Source of the DNA: Amoebophrya sp. A120
Lineage: Eukaryota > Protista > Dinoflagellata
NCBI GenBank assembly: GCA_905178155.1
Contig: CAJINV010000005.1
Location: 42,254 to 106,253 of the forward strand
Reading direction: 5' to 3'
DNA: 64,000 nt
The translations under genes and the position numbers were made by a program. This document shows positions 1 to 12,389 of this stretch, one piece after another. Position 1 is the first letter of the stretch; every line of letters begins with the position of its first letter. The notes below the pieces were generated by a model. It worked only from the letters and a program-made list of their open reading frames with translations, did not search any database and was not told where the DNA came from.

Positions 1-657
1 TTAATTTCCTTCACGGCGAGTCTCGATAAAGTGGTGGGCGAGGGCGAAACACTAGCAACAGCTAGCCGCCCTTTTTGTTATGTAGTTGGTGTCCGCGACA
101 CCTCGAGCCAGTATGCACATGGAGACGTGACGGCGCCAGCCGCGGGCCCCCTGCAGGGAAGATCATGGGCAAGCAGCTGCCGCAGCAGGCTACCCCCATG
201 TCATCGATTTCGTGCAAACCTTTGCACGCACGTGTGGGCAAGGTCCGCGGGAACCGGACGCTGCGCGCACGTGTGAGTGTGTGAGGTCCGCGAGGAGCGG
301 ATGTTGATATTCATATACTTCCTGCAGGAGGGCCGCAACCAGCACCACACAAGGGGCTGAGGTGAGGCGGTCACCAACCGCATTGCTAGCGCAGCGACAG
401 CGGCGCCCGTGTGTGGGAAAGCAGCCAGCCAAGCAAGCACTGCGCGCTCGGCGCATCGATCTATTTTGTCGCACTCCCTATGTCCAGGCGAGACAAGGGT
501 GGGTGGGCGTGGTCGAGCAAAGTGGCCGCCGCTCATCGAGCGGCGGAGCCTCTTATCTTCTGAGTATTTTCAGAAGTTCCGCCCGCTATTTTTCTGCGGG
601 GGCTTTTCGTGGCGGCGTTTGCCTTACCACGATCGATCTCGCCGACTAAGAAATTAA
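1..657. mobile_element. Putative non-autonomous TIR element (MITE-like), possibly extending beyond the left window edge
   Basis: Reverse complement of 1-35 (accactttatcgagactcgccgtgaaggaaattaa) imperfectly matches ~626-657 (accacgatcgatctcgccgactaagaaattaa). The interior is GC-rich with no credible ORF and ends abruptly in AT-rich sequence. Confidence 0.45.
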
Positions 658-761
658 CCAAAATTTAACAAGTGAAATTGACATTGCATATTCAAGTACA
701 TAGTAAAAAGGAAGCACTCATTAAAATAGAGCGCGACGAGCCAAAGAGCCCACAGTGCTCA

Positions 762-2021
762 CTATGAGGGAGGTTTCTCTTCTTCATCTTCGTCATCACA
801 GGGAAAGAGCAAGGCGATTTCTGTTCCGCCACTGGGACATATGTCTCCGACTGGAGCGTCTTCCGGGTCCTCCTCAACAGCTTCCTCCACTGGCTTCTCG
901 ACCGGAGGCGCAGCAGCAGAGGCTCCCCCCGGCGTGCCGTCGCCTTCGCTTTCAACACGACTGCCATCCTGCTCGCATGGTGGTCGTTTCACTGGGCTCG
1001 TTCGCACGGTTCCCACACGACTATGCTGAGGTTCGCAAATCTCCATCGGATCATCATCCTCCACCGCGAGCGACCGCTCACTCGAAATTTCGCAGCTCGT
1101 GGTGTGCAAGTTCTGCAGAAGGGGCCGGTTCTGGTCGGGAAAGCAGCGCCTGTGCAACGCGTCCTTCGCCTCACTGATCTTCATGTCAGCTGGTACGACC
1201 AGCGGCGCCATTCTGCCATCGTGAAACTTGAAGCAGTAATGGTTTCCGCCCATGTCCACCAGCTGCAGCAGCGCGGGGCTCGAAATTTCTGCGCTTTGGT
1301 CTTCCGCATTTGAAGGAGCTGCTGACACCTCCGCTTGGACTGGTGCTCCCTGCTGGTCTTTAGCCAGTTCAATCTTGGATTTTTCTGTGTCTGAAGGGGC
1401 AGCCTCGTCTTGATGTTGTTGCCCCGAAGCTGCACTTCCACTTGCGCCTCGCTCGCCTGATCTGTTCATGCATTCGACGCTTGCACTCAGCGGCACGCCT
1501 GGATGTGGTGTTGTCTTTCGGGCCAAAGTAGTATTTTGCACTTCGTGTTCCGTTGTGACATTCGTCTTGCTCGGTTGCGCCGGCGAAGATTTCATCGCCC
1601 GTTGTTTTTGATCGGTGTCCGAAATAACTTGCTCCTGTTTATGTCGTACCAGAATGACGCGTACCGTTAGTCGCTTCCCCAGCGTGCCAGCCCCGACTTT
1701 CTGGACCTTCCATGAGGCATGTCCGATCGCGGGCAAAAAAAAAGCCTCGACCCACTTCCGGACGGCGTCCAACTTGTCGTGTGGATCGAACGTAACCTGG
1801 CTGGGCGTAAGCTCCGAGCCGCCCTCGTCTGCAGGTACAAAAGAATTCGATGTTCCGACCTCCACTACCGAGGCGCGCGCGAGGGCCGCGTGATTCCGAA
1901 GCGTCCTCGCGATGGCGACCTCGTCGCTGTCGTCGATAAGAACGACTTGCAACGGTACTCGCCGCTCAGCAGGGTTCCTCGGCCTCGAAATTCCACCGAT
2001 GTAGTTCACGCTTCGCGACAT
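762..2021 (-). CDS. Hypothetical protein, paralogue of 10184-11524; possible ubiquitin-like segment
   Basis: Long ORF (track 762-2147, first ATG at 2021). Shares blocks with the 10184 ORF: VRKWVEAFFLPAIG vs VRGWLRDTFFPPALG; LVDMGGNHY...KISEAKDALHRRCF vs VVDVSGNAY...SVQKAKEKLQRCF. Confidence 0.7.
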   Translation of the reverse strand: MSRSVNYIGGISRPRNPAERRVPLQVVLIDDSDEVAIARTLRNHAALARASVVEVGTSNSFVPADEGGSELTPSQVTFDPHDKLDAVRKWVEAFFLPAIGHASWKVQKVGAGTLGKRLTVRVILVRHKQEQVISDTDQKQRAMKSSPAQPSKTNVTTEHEVQNTTLARKTTPHPGVPLSASVECMNRSGERGASGSAASGQQHQDEAAPSDTEKSKIELAKDQQGAPVQAEVSAAPSNAEDQSAEISSPALLQLVDMGGNHYCFKFHDGRMAPLVVPADMKISEAKDALHRRCFPDQNRPLLQNLHTTSCEISSERSLAVEDDDPMEICEPQHSRVGTVRTSPVKRPPCEQDGSRVESEGDGTPGGASAAAPPVEKPVEEAVEEDPEDAPVGDICPSGGTEIALLFPCDDEDEEEKPPS

Positions 2022-2591
2022 ATTAATGCCTCCCTGGTTTCTTTTTTTGATTTTGTTGAGGCTCCTTGTCTGTGTCCGTGCGTCGAAAACAGTCTTGTTT
2101 ACTTTGACTCTACACTGCTCAAACCTCTCTCTCAACTTGTACATCAACGTGATCTCAAACCTAAACCGTCCTTCGCCTTCGGATCATGATCCGCCATTCA
2201 TTCCTGACTACGTACAATGTAAGTGACGAGCTACAGAAATAAAAGACCGCGCAAAAAACAAAAACGAAACTAAGCACCACCGCTTTTATTGAACAGTCAC
2301 GCGCTGGTTCTCCGGCAGTCAAGAAACGCACACAGCTACTATGCACCTGCGGTCCTCTCCTTTAACAACTTCTCCGGCTTCGCATTCGCTGTATAGCGCG
2401 TACGTTTTCTGAATGGAATGAAAAGAAGCTCTACGAAGTTGGTTCCGGGGCGTGCTTCTCCCTTTTGAACTTGATGCTTCCATGCGATGAAAGTGTCAAC
2501 CCTGTCGCAAGAGTTTTTCTGACGTAATAGTGGACAGACCGCTCAATAAAGCGGTATCGGCATCATAGCATGACGATGACGATGCTTTTCG

Positions 2592-5500
2592 TCAATCTGC
2601 GAGTGAATTTTCTTTGGCAGCTACGAAGCCTTTTTCTGTTTTTGCCACCTTTAACTTACTTTTCTGCGCCACAGCAGTTTCACAACTTTCAACACCGCTA
2701 GCTCCATTTTCACTTACAAACCTTCCCGATTTCTCCGCATCGGCTCCTCGCTTCCTCGATTTGCTGGCCTCGCCCCCGCCGCACCCTGCGTCATCTGCAT
2801 GCTGTTTTGTTCCACTCGCTCTTCCCTGCGGCTGGTGCCGCGGCGGCTTCCATCCGCCAAAACGCGAGAAATCCAGGTGATAGGCGGCCCCAAGACGGAA
2901 GACCGCAAAGTCCCCGTCTTCCGGATCCGGAATGTCGTCGAGTTGTCTTTTTTTGTCCGTTTTCGTGTCACCAGCAACTTCTCCACCTGCGCCCTCTTTC
3001 GGTGTCTCGCTAGCTGCAATCGTTTCGGACGGCCTGTTTGGTCCCACCGGTGCGACTTGGCACTCGATTTTTGCTTCAGAACCCGAACTCGACCTAGAAA
3101 CGAAAGTGATTTGTTGAGTTCTACTGCGTATCTTAAACCAAGCATGTCATAGCTTTGTCATTGTCAACGTGATCCTTTATTTCTTTTTACGAAAGAACAC
3201 TACAAAAACGCCTAATACTGTTTCTGAATTTCTTGAGTGTTACAATTGCGAATCGAATACAAATTTGCACACCTTGCACACAGGTAGCGATAGAGTGTTC
3301 TCTGCTCTTGCCTACTGTAGTACCTCGCCTCGACATGCCCTTCGCTGGTTGTGTCCATAGCAACTGTCTCCTCCGGGTCCGGAGATGCTTCCGAGTTGGC
3401 AGCTTTGCGTGGTCCAATGGGGATGAAGATTAGACTCGGATCAACCTCCACTTTCGTGTGTCTCCTACTCTCGGTACCTCCGCCGTCGGGCAAAGGCAAT
3501 GGCGCCACCCAGACATGGCCGTCATCTTGTGCTGGATCATACTGTTGCCCGATGTGCGCCAACAAAAAGGTCCGCAGCTCCCGACGCGACTGAAAGGCCG
3601 GCCACTTCTCGGGAAGCGGCCGCGACAAAACCAGGGCGCGCCGCGGACGAAACGCTTCTGTTGCATACTGGTGCGAAGCTTCCATCAACTGCTCCTTTGT
3701 CGACGACTCCGGCGAAACCGCGATGGGCCGCGTGGCCGCGAGCGGCAGGACAAATTCGCACACCTGGTGGAACTCACAACAATTTTTGTACTCGAGGGGC
3801 CGGGCCCAGTCGTGAAAATGTTGGTACTTCTCTTTTCGTTCGAAATGCTGCCTCCAAAACTTCGCGGACTTGGGGTATTCCCGCACCTCTTCGAGATACC
3901 ACTGGACGGTGATGTCTACGCCGCCGCGAATCGCCACCGCAGCGAGCATCCGCTGCCCCAGCACTGCACCTCCCATGGATTTTTCAAACGTCGCTTCGTC
4001 CAAGCGAAGTTCCAACGGGCGCACTCCTGCAGCATTTTGAAAGTCAGAAGTACACAAATCCGCACAGGGCTCCAATATTGCAGCTCGTCCTGGGCCTCTA
4101 GTCGCATGTGCGCAGTTTCCAGACATCACCCCTGCAGAAGCAACTCCTGCCACCCCAACACTACAGCTCATTCCAACATTGTGACTTGCGGCCGCTTGTT
4201 TCAGCAAGCTGCTGATGTGCAAAAAATGATCTTTCCCGATGTCCATCGCCGGAAACACCAGCTTCCAGCTGAAATCGATGGCGGGGAGAAGCATGTCGAC
4301 TTGGGGGTGCAACATTCGATTGTGCTTGCTAGTACGCGTACCGGCAGTGACACAGCGCGGCGCGTTTTTCAGCACAGGCAGGGTCTTCTGTTGCTCGCTA
4401 CTTAGGTAAGGCCGGTCTTTGTGCTGAAGCAGCACCGGGCCCTGCTCTGAACCGAACAAGAGGTGCCGGAGCGTAGCAAACAGATTATTGAAATTTTCCT
4501 CCTGCGTGCGGAGCTCTTTCTTTCTCCTGTTAGTCTCGCTCTCGACGATTTCGATTCGCACAACGGTGCAGAGCTGCTGGACCGTCCGGGGGTCCCCCAC
4601 TTGTTCCAAGGAAATCCCGGGGAAGCTGTATTCGCGCCAGAACACAGTCAAGCAGTCGAGCAGCTCGGCCTGCACTTGATAGGGACAGCGATGTCGCGGA
4701 TTCCCGGGGTCCAAGCGCTCCAACAGTCTTGCTTTCAGCGTCGCCAGCTCGTGCGGGCGCCGCAGCTCTCTCTTCCAGCATGCTAAGTCGTCAGACCTAC
4801 CGGGCTGCAGGATAAAGTCGTCTCCGCAGCGGAGCAAATTGGCGCAAGCATCGACGCCACACAAAAACGAAACCAGGCTAGGGTCTCTTCGTAAGAGAGA
4901 AATGTCGTGAAGCGACGTAATGCTTGTGCGGGAACGAGAGATCGTTGTATCATCCCCTCCCGCTTTCTGCAGCTCGAAAGCGAGCGTATTAGGCCAGAAG
5001 TCAAACAAGTCTTTTACCGGGCGCTCGGAGCCGTCCTCGGATACGCGGCGGGTTCGACGCCCTGGCCAACGGCCAACATCTCGCGGCATGCAAATGCGGA
5101 CGGACGCTGGCGGCACAACAATCTTCAAGATTCCGCCCGCCGCTCCCGGATACAGTGTGTGCGCGTTACTATTCGAGACCGCACGAAACGCCTGGTCATG
5201 CAGCTCTCTGGCTGACTCAGCACCACGGCCAGCCACTGTACACGTAGTTTGGTATGCCGCTGCCTCGGGCTGCCGTGTCGTTTCCAGTGGTGTTTCTTGC
5301 GCGTCGCTCTGCGAGCTGCTGGTCCCGTCGCCAGCAGTGGACTGCAGTTCTTTTGCACTATAATGGGTGAAAAGAGGAAATATCCATGATTGATCGCGAA
5401 TAGCGCTGCCGCAGCTCTCGTAAGTCCAGGGCGTCACGCCGATCCGCGTCTCGGGGTCTGGCAAGTCGTGGAAGAACATTTCGTACTCAATCAGGTCCTT

Positions 5501-8500
5501 CTTCGGAATGATGCGAGTGGTTGTTGCTGGACGCGAAATCCTTTCGCCAATCGCGGGTTCCTGCTGAGCATTGGCCCCTTTTGAAAATTCGACTTCTTTG
5601 TCACTGGTTTTCGACGCTAGTTTGTTGCTTTCGCCTCCGTCCCTCAAACGCGCCTTTTCGCCGTCATTTGCTTTCGCCAGAAACGACCGAGAATCTGCAA
5701 CAAGGTGAGCGTCTTTCAACTCGAACTGAAAGTGCGCATTCACATTAATTGTCGATGACCCCTTCGCTGGTTCCGACACCTCCCCGGCTCCGAGCGCAGA
5801 GGATATTATCCTGGCAGGCTCTTTTGCAACGTCATCCAGGAAGTGCTGCAAGTGCGTGAAAAGCCTTTTTTCAGAACACTTACCGTCGACGCCGGATTTA
5901 ATCCGGCACTGCTTATTGCCCGATGCAGGAAGGAAACACTGACTTTTTTCTTTGGCAGCCAAGATTTGTTTTGCGTCGGTCCAATAACTGCTACTGCCGT
6001 AACCCTTCGACATTCTGAATTCATTTTCTTTCCTTTCTTCTTCCGCCCTTTCGTTGGCATAGGCGGAAACACGATCGTACTTGGCTACTGTGCTAAGCCC
6101 TGAAGGTTCGCTTGGCGCGTCTGAACAATCCCATGGAAGACCACTGCCATCCGACACTTTTTCGAATCTGCTGCCGTGCGCGAGAGCCAGGGCCGTCGCT
6201 GCGGGAACATCCAAGTCGGCATACCTGCGAACGCGGTGCCCCGACGGTGGAAGGCGATCTACCGCAACCAGGTCGTTCGCTCGCATGCTTATTTCGTACT
6301 TACTCGTTGCCCCATGTGTGCATTTGCATTTTCCCTCTGCGTCCTTACGGTCACTCAGAGTTGCAAACACACTTACGTGCGGGTGATAGTAAAGTGCAGG
6401 CCGTTCGAAGTTTACGTTTGCAACATTGCCAAGTTTCTGCTCCAGAGGTAGCTTTGCGGGCGGGGCTTCCCCTTCAGTACTCTTCTGACCCGCGGCACCA
6501 GGCTCATTGTCCGGCTGTGTTTCACTGTTGAACTCCGGCCGTAAATCAAGACCATGGCACGAGGACGTGCGGACATCGAGCCGGAAGCCGATCCCAGAAG
6601 CCCTGACCGCTCGCCGAAACAGTTTGTCTCGTCCTCGCAACAATGCGTAGTCGGGCAGCGGAGATGTCGGCCCGTCAGTCCGAAGCGGGAACAGATCACG
6701 GCTGGTATACCCAAGCTCGTAAGAAGGCAGTCCCAGGATGCCGCCTTTTGGGAAAAACTCGGGCGACCTCCAGAGACGACGCAAAACGCTTTCCAGTCGC
6801 AGCCGCACGTGCTTGTTGTCGTTCTTTACGCCAACGACCGTCGAGACGGCTGCGTTGAGCTCGCAAGGTGCAAACGCGGCAGGACGTGTCACCCACCGTG
6901 TGCAGTTGAAGACGAAGTTATTGTCTCCGGCAACCTCCCTTTCCAAGAACCCAGTCTCGCGCAAGCGGCGTCGCTCTTGCTTCTGAAGGACTGTGCGAAC
7001 AGTCGTCGAGAAACCGGGAGGATACGTCACTGCCACGTGTCGGTCCAAGGAAAAAGCGTCACGTTGCTCGCTGTATATCGGCTCGAGGGGAGCAGGCTGA
7101 TCAACCCAGTGCTGTCCGTTCCAGTGCCAATCCGCAGCACCAGGGCGATGCACGTTTCGCTTCTCCAGATCCGGTAGCAACTCGGACAACAGCGGCAAGC
7201 GATCGAAAAAAGGTGTGGCTCGTTTTTTCATGATCCGGTACACCCCCATTAATACGTGTCCAGCAACGGAGGACGACATCTCTTTCACCGCGAGCTCGAC
7301 GGACACGCCGCGCGGAACCGCGACGCAATACAAGTTTGAGCTTCGCTTCGCATCCGAACCGAAAAACTGTTCGTTCCGAATTATACAGGCCTCTGGCGCA
7401 GCACCCGCACGAGCGCCGCTGTTGGAATTGTTCACTAACAATTCGTGGCTTTTGGTAAGAACTCGGCTGGCTTCATTGGCCTCGTCGCAGATCGTCTCAT
7501 TAGGGCGAGATGCTCCCTGGAGCTCAAGTGGAACGCGGACCTCCTCCGGTAATTCCTCGAGCGAAACGCCAAATGGAGCTTTCAGCCGTCTTTCTTCATA
7601 AAAAGGCTCCTCGAAGGTAGTCCCGTCCCCCCGACTAGCAACCGCCGCCGACAAAGAGAGTCCAGGTTGCTGGAAAGGAATCATAAAATTCGCACTTTCG
7701 GCGAAGTGGCACTCTCCCCGGTCGCAGTTGCCCGGGTTCTTTGTTTTGCAGGTCAAATAGCTTGCGGCACCCCAAACTCCAGGAAAGAAAACTAATAGCG
7801 TTCCCGCAGTCCGGTTGCGCTCATCGTCGCGTTGGCGTACAATATCCCAAGTCGCTTCACCTTCCTCCAAATTTCGATCCGTTTTATTGACGGCGGGCTT
7901 GTCTCGCGCAAGATTTCCGGATTGGTACCGCCCCGGGTTGGCTTTCGAGTGAAATCGCGGTTGCTGGTTCGACGGGTTCGCGGACTTCCGGTTTGTCCTC
8001 GCTTCGTACTCTGTCGCGATGCGGCGGTAGGCGGCTGTTTCGTCGTCTGACTTGATGACGTCGACAGCCCGATTCCGGAGTCTCCAGAACCGATTGGGGT
8101 CACTCTGCAGCCGCAGTCCCTTCCGCTTGTTGTATCCGGATCCACGGGGGTCGTGATCTGAGTCGTCGGATGAACATATCGAGGACCAGCTGCGAGCTCG
8201 AGGACGAGTTGTTTTGTTACTACTGGCCCCGGGACCCGTTGAAGGATTTCCTGGAGCTGTCGAAGTAGGAGCGTTCTTTCCCGCTTCACTCGTTTCCGCG
8301 TTGGTGTGGCGCTGCCCGCGCTGCAATCTCTTGGCTTCGCTCGCAGTCTCTTGTGCCCTCTCCTGCTGCTTCCTGCGGCGAATCGCCGCGGCGCGCCGCG
8401 TCTTCTGTTTCTTCGTCATTCCTCCGGCATCAAGCCTTACAAACTGCAGCTCTACGGGGTAGGGGAATTCCAGTACTTCCGCCAAGAACGCAGAAACGCC

Positions 8501-9385
8501 CGCACGATTCAGATCGTCAAGGACAGTGGGCTGGTCTTCTCGCTCCCGATCCTCTTGCCCCTCTTTTCTCAGCCTGATCTCCACCTGCCCCGCACCTAGC
8601 GAGCGCTGAAAAAGAGCATCGTTGGGAGATGTTGATGCTTCAACGTCCTCTGGCTCTGCCTCGTCTTCCTCGCCGCTGTCGATGAAGGACGACCAATTAT
8701 ACCCGGAGAAGTTCGCGCGACAGCGAGCGTGCTCAATGCTTTTTACGCTATCATTCTCATTCCGTCCAGTCCACCGGCACCACGGCTCTTCCAGCACGGA
8801 CAGCCCCGGTGGTAAGACCGCCGGGATCGGGGCCGTTCTGTTCTGCCGCGCAAGTTGCAGGTCGTGAAAATTAGTGTCACGGATCAAGCGATAGTCAATA
8901 CGCTTCATTTCGGACAACAGAGGGTCGAAGCGCCCGTGCTGCTCCTCGGTAATCGCAGCCCGCAGTAAGTTATTGATTTTCGCTTGCGACTTTCCCAAAC
9001 CTTTTTCATTACTTTTTGATGACAGTTCCCCGTGCAGCTTGGCCATCTCCCGAAGCTTGGCTGCTCGTTCACATTGCTGCTGGAGGACCACGTCCAGAGC
9101 GGGCCGCTGGATCTCATACCGCCGTCCGCTTCGTTTAACGTGTACCTCTGGCACCCCGGACACGTGGACGCAGAACGAAACGCCAAACTCGGCACCACAC
9201 CCTTCCATAGTCTTCCCGAGCAGATCCAGCCCTGCGTCCGTATCCAGGTTGCAGAGCCGGTCAGGAATCTCGTCTGCAGCGTACGGGTCTTCTGGGTCTT
9301 TTCCCGTATACCGAGGGCGCTTCTGCCGAGGCCACCAGTCATATTCCGACTCCGATTCTTCAGGTTCAGAAGAGGAAGTCGCCAT
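2592..9385 (-). CDS. Large hypothetical protein (~2187 aa, 2 exons; GT-AG intron 3094-3323), weak resemblance to degenerate 2OG-Fe(II) oxygenase-like proteins
   Basis: 6.2-kb ORF from ATG 9385. Donor AG|GTAC at 3323 and acceptor TTTCTAG| at 3094 join it in frame to the ATG-less ORF ending at 2592 (HVEAR|SSSGSEAK). Segments GTLLVFFPG and FFPKGGILGL...Y...LRGRD recall that family from memory only. Confidence 0.7.
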
Positions 9386-10183
9386 TTTGCAGCTGCTTCG
9401 TTGTCGTGGATTCTTAAGCGAGAGTTCTTTCAAATCACGGACGAGCACAAGCCAGAGACTCCGCTTCTTACATTCGTTCTGCACGACGGAGTTCCAACAA
9501 TCACTTTCTTATACCAAATCAATGACAGCTCACGCTCAGGCGTCGAATTGATAAATGTCATATCAGAATCACCTTCTTTTTCTTCTTACTTCATACATCA
9601 TTATCTCTTCTTTTATGTTTGACTTGGGAAACTTGGTGCAGCTGAGCGCAAATAGGGAGAGAAAAAGAAAAACAAATCGCTATATTTATGCTGACATAGA
9701 CACTAGCGTATAGTCGAAAGTGAGAACGCTGACACTGGGATTTACACAGAATGACCACCGGAGGACTACTTTCTTTCAGGTAGAAACAACTATGACTATC
9801 GGAGGAAAGAACTTCATCACAACTATTGCAAAATCCCCAAAAGCACAAACAGCGCCGGAGCTTTTGGTACTCCCGCTTGCTCAGAACCGTGTGTCGGGCT
9901 CAGGAATCCTTTTCATTGTCTACCAAGGTCGACGCGGATCTTTTTGCCAACTGGATCAAAAACCAAGATCTTTTCTCCGAACAGAAAAGTTGATCCTCCG
10001 AAAAAACTTTGGACTACGTCGACGTGTGTTCTTTTCCTGCGACTTCGCTTGACAAGAACACCCCATCTCGTAGCGGTAGCGATTTCTTGTTCGTTCAACC
10101 TAAATAGCATTTTCTGGCTCTTCCTGATGACGCAGGAGAGCACACTACTACAACACATCCGACCCCGTCGCACTCTCATCTGA

Positions 10184-11524
10184 TCAATCGTTTAAATGAG
10201 CCCAGCGATTCTCGTATTCACTTTCAGATGAATCAGATCCTACATCGTTCTTGGGACGCTGAAGGACCATCAACTCCTCGCAACCTGGCTCGAGTAGACC
10301 GGCGATCACGCGAGAATCCGGGTCCTCATCTTCGTGCGGATCCGCTGCACTGCGCTCCGTCCGGGCCGAAGGCGAATCGACATCATCATCATCATCATCT
10401 TCTTCCTCATCTACAACCGCAGCTTCGGACACTTCGTGCCGTCGAGGCCGGGCCGCGTTCGGATCCGCACCAACCGCGGACACCGCCTCGACGGGTGTTG
10501 CCGCGGAATTGTTATCGATCTCCATATGATTCACGTCTGCGCCGTCCTCAACTACAGTCGAGGCCTGCTCTGCGCAAGAACTCTCGCTTCTGCCTGCAGC
10601 AAGCTCCTCGTCTGTTGGCAAGACAAACTCCAACTGCCGCTCCTCAAAGCACCGCTGAAGCTTCTCCTTCGCCTTCTGAACGCTTTGTTGTGTATTAATT
10701 TGCAGTGGGACCCATCCGAAACCATCGACGAAAACGTTGTACGCATTTCCCGAAACGTCGACTACGCGCACAAACGAAGGCTCCCGCTCTGCTGTTATTT
10801 TTAATGGAGGTAGTTTACAAGAACTTAGGCTTGCATCCTGCGCAGCTCCCTCCACTTTTCCGTCTCCTGTCACGTCGCATGACGTAGTTGCATCTGTCTC
10901 GGGAGCTTTCGCTTTCGCTTCAGCCTCTTCCGTCTGCTGTGGTTCTTCGCCGTGGGGTCCTTTCACAGTTTTTACGTCAACCTGCGGGTCATCTGTCTTT
11001 TCTTGACTGTCACATTTGGCTTCGCCCCGCTTGGTGCCTGCCTTTTGCCCCTGCTCGACCGCTCTGGCGTCAGCGTTCGCTGTGCTGGCAGCAATTACTG
11101 GCGCAGAGGAGGATTCCGACTTGTTCTCTGGTACACCTCCACCGACCTCGTGTTTCGAAACATATGCGAGCACAGCGAGCCGCTCCCCACGCGTGCTCAA
11201 GTGCAGTGAATCCACACACCATCCTAGCGCGGGCGGGAAAAAAGTGTCCCGAAGCCAGCCGCGAACGTCCGCAAAATTCTGGCGATGTGTGAAAGTGATT
11301 CCGCGGCCGCGATTGCCTTTGTGCGTACCGACCCGCGCCTCTGGCACGCGGGCCATCTCGAACGGCGTCAGTGGCTTCTCTCGGGTCGCAGCAAGCTGCA
11401 GGTAAACGTCGAATCGTTGGAAATAATTCAAACTGGGGGGAGTGGCGTGCGGATCTTCTCCCCCCGGATTAAACTGCTGGAAGAAAGCATGATTTGCTCC
11501 GGCAAAATTGTTGAAGCCGTGCAT
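10184..11524 (-). CDS. Hypothetical protein, paralogue of 762-2021
   Basis: ORF 10184-11611 with first ATG at 11524 (MHGFNNF). Shares sequence blocks with the 762 ORF, separated by acidic low-complexity linkers. Confidence 0.7.
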   Translation of the reverse strand: MHGFNNFAGANHAFFQQFNPGGEDPHATPPSLNYFQRFDVYLQLAATREKPLTPFEMARVPEARVGTHKGNRGRGITFTHRQNFADVRGWLRDTFFPPALGWCVDSLHLSTRGERLAVLAYVSKHEVGGGVPENKSESSSAPVIAASTANADARAVEQGQKAGTKRGEAKCDSQEKTDDPQVDVKTVKGPHGEEPQQTEEAEAKAKAPETDATTSCDVTGDGKVEGAAQDASLSSCKLPPLKITAEREPSFVRVVDVSGNAYNVFVDGFGWVPLQINTQQSVQKAKEKLQRCFEERQLEFVLPTDEELAAGRSESSCAEQASTVVEDGADVNHMEIDNNSAATPVEAVSAVGADPNAARPRRHEVSEAAVVDEEEDDDDDDVDSPSARTERSAADPHEDEDPDSRVIAGLLEPGCEELMVLQRPKNDVGSDSSESEYENRWAHLND

Positions 11525-11534
11525 TATTAGCAAA

Positions 11535-11607
11535 GTCGACGTACTTTTCGATCCGTAGCTAGGTCGACGTACTTTTCGATCCGTTATAAAAGCAAGGTCG
11601 ACGTACT
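11535..11607. repeat. Short direct repeats gtcgacgtacttttcgatccg (two full copies, one partial)
   Basis: Copies at 11535-11555, 11563-11583 and partial 11597-11607, just upstream of the ATG at 11524. Confidence 0.85.
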
Positions 11608-12389
11608 GCAACGTTTGTAAAAAAACTGACTGGATACGGGAAGTACTTAATTGCTGTCGTGCTTCAGAGCGTCAATGACTGAGACAGACAACACATTTTT
11701 TTGGTCGCTGCGACAATAACAAGTAGAAATTACACCTCTTCTTCTTGCACTTGCGGCTATGTTGTAGCGACGCTCCTTCCGGACGACAATATGCCCAGAA
11801 GACTCAATTCTCACACTTCGCATCGAAAGATGACTCGGTGTCTACAAATTCAACTGAGCCAAACTTGCTTGCTGTGACCAATGCGGTTGTGCGCGCATGT
11901 GGCTCGGAAAATAAAACGCGAGCTAGTTTGTCCGGTAGGCGATATTATTTTGATGAAGGGACGCAGTGGTCTTCAATCAAAAGTTTCTAAATACGAGGAG
12001 CAGAAAGGATCCAAATGATCTACATCAATGTGAAACTTTCTAGCGAGACGTCCGCTCGCTCGAAAACCGTTCTTCCAGTGGTATCGAAGAAGATTGCAGT
12101 AGTTCCTGTTCTTGCACTTGACTCTAAATTAATAATAATCAAAGGATCTGGTGAACAAACGCCACAGCATCAGCGACAAACACCAATAACGGAACATCAG
12201 CCTGTCTTTTGGATTCGCGGTCGTTCAAAGCGGAATTTTCCTCCTGTAAGCACCCTCAATCTTTTTGGAACTAGTACTTCGTCACGGTACGGATTTTTTT
12301 AGTATGTAAACGAACTCAATCCCCAAATTTGTCTGCAAAGCGGCGCACTGTTACTGTGTCATTGCCGTAGCGTTCATTTCTTTCAACTC

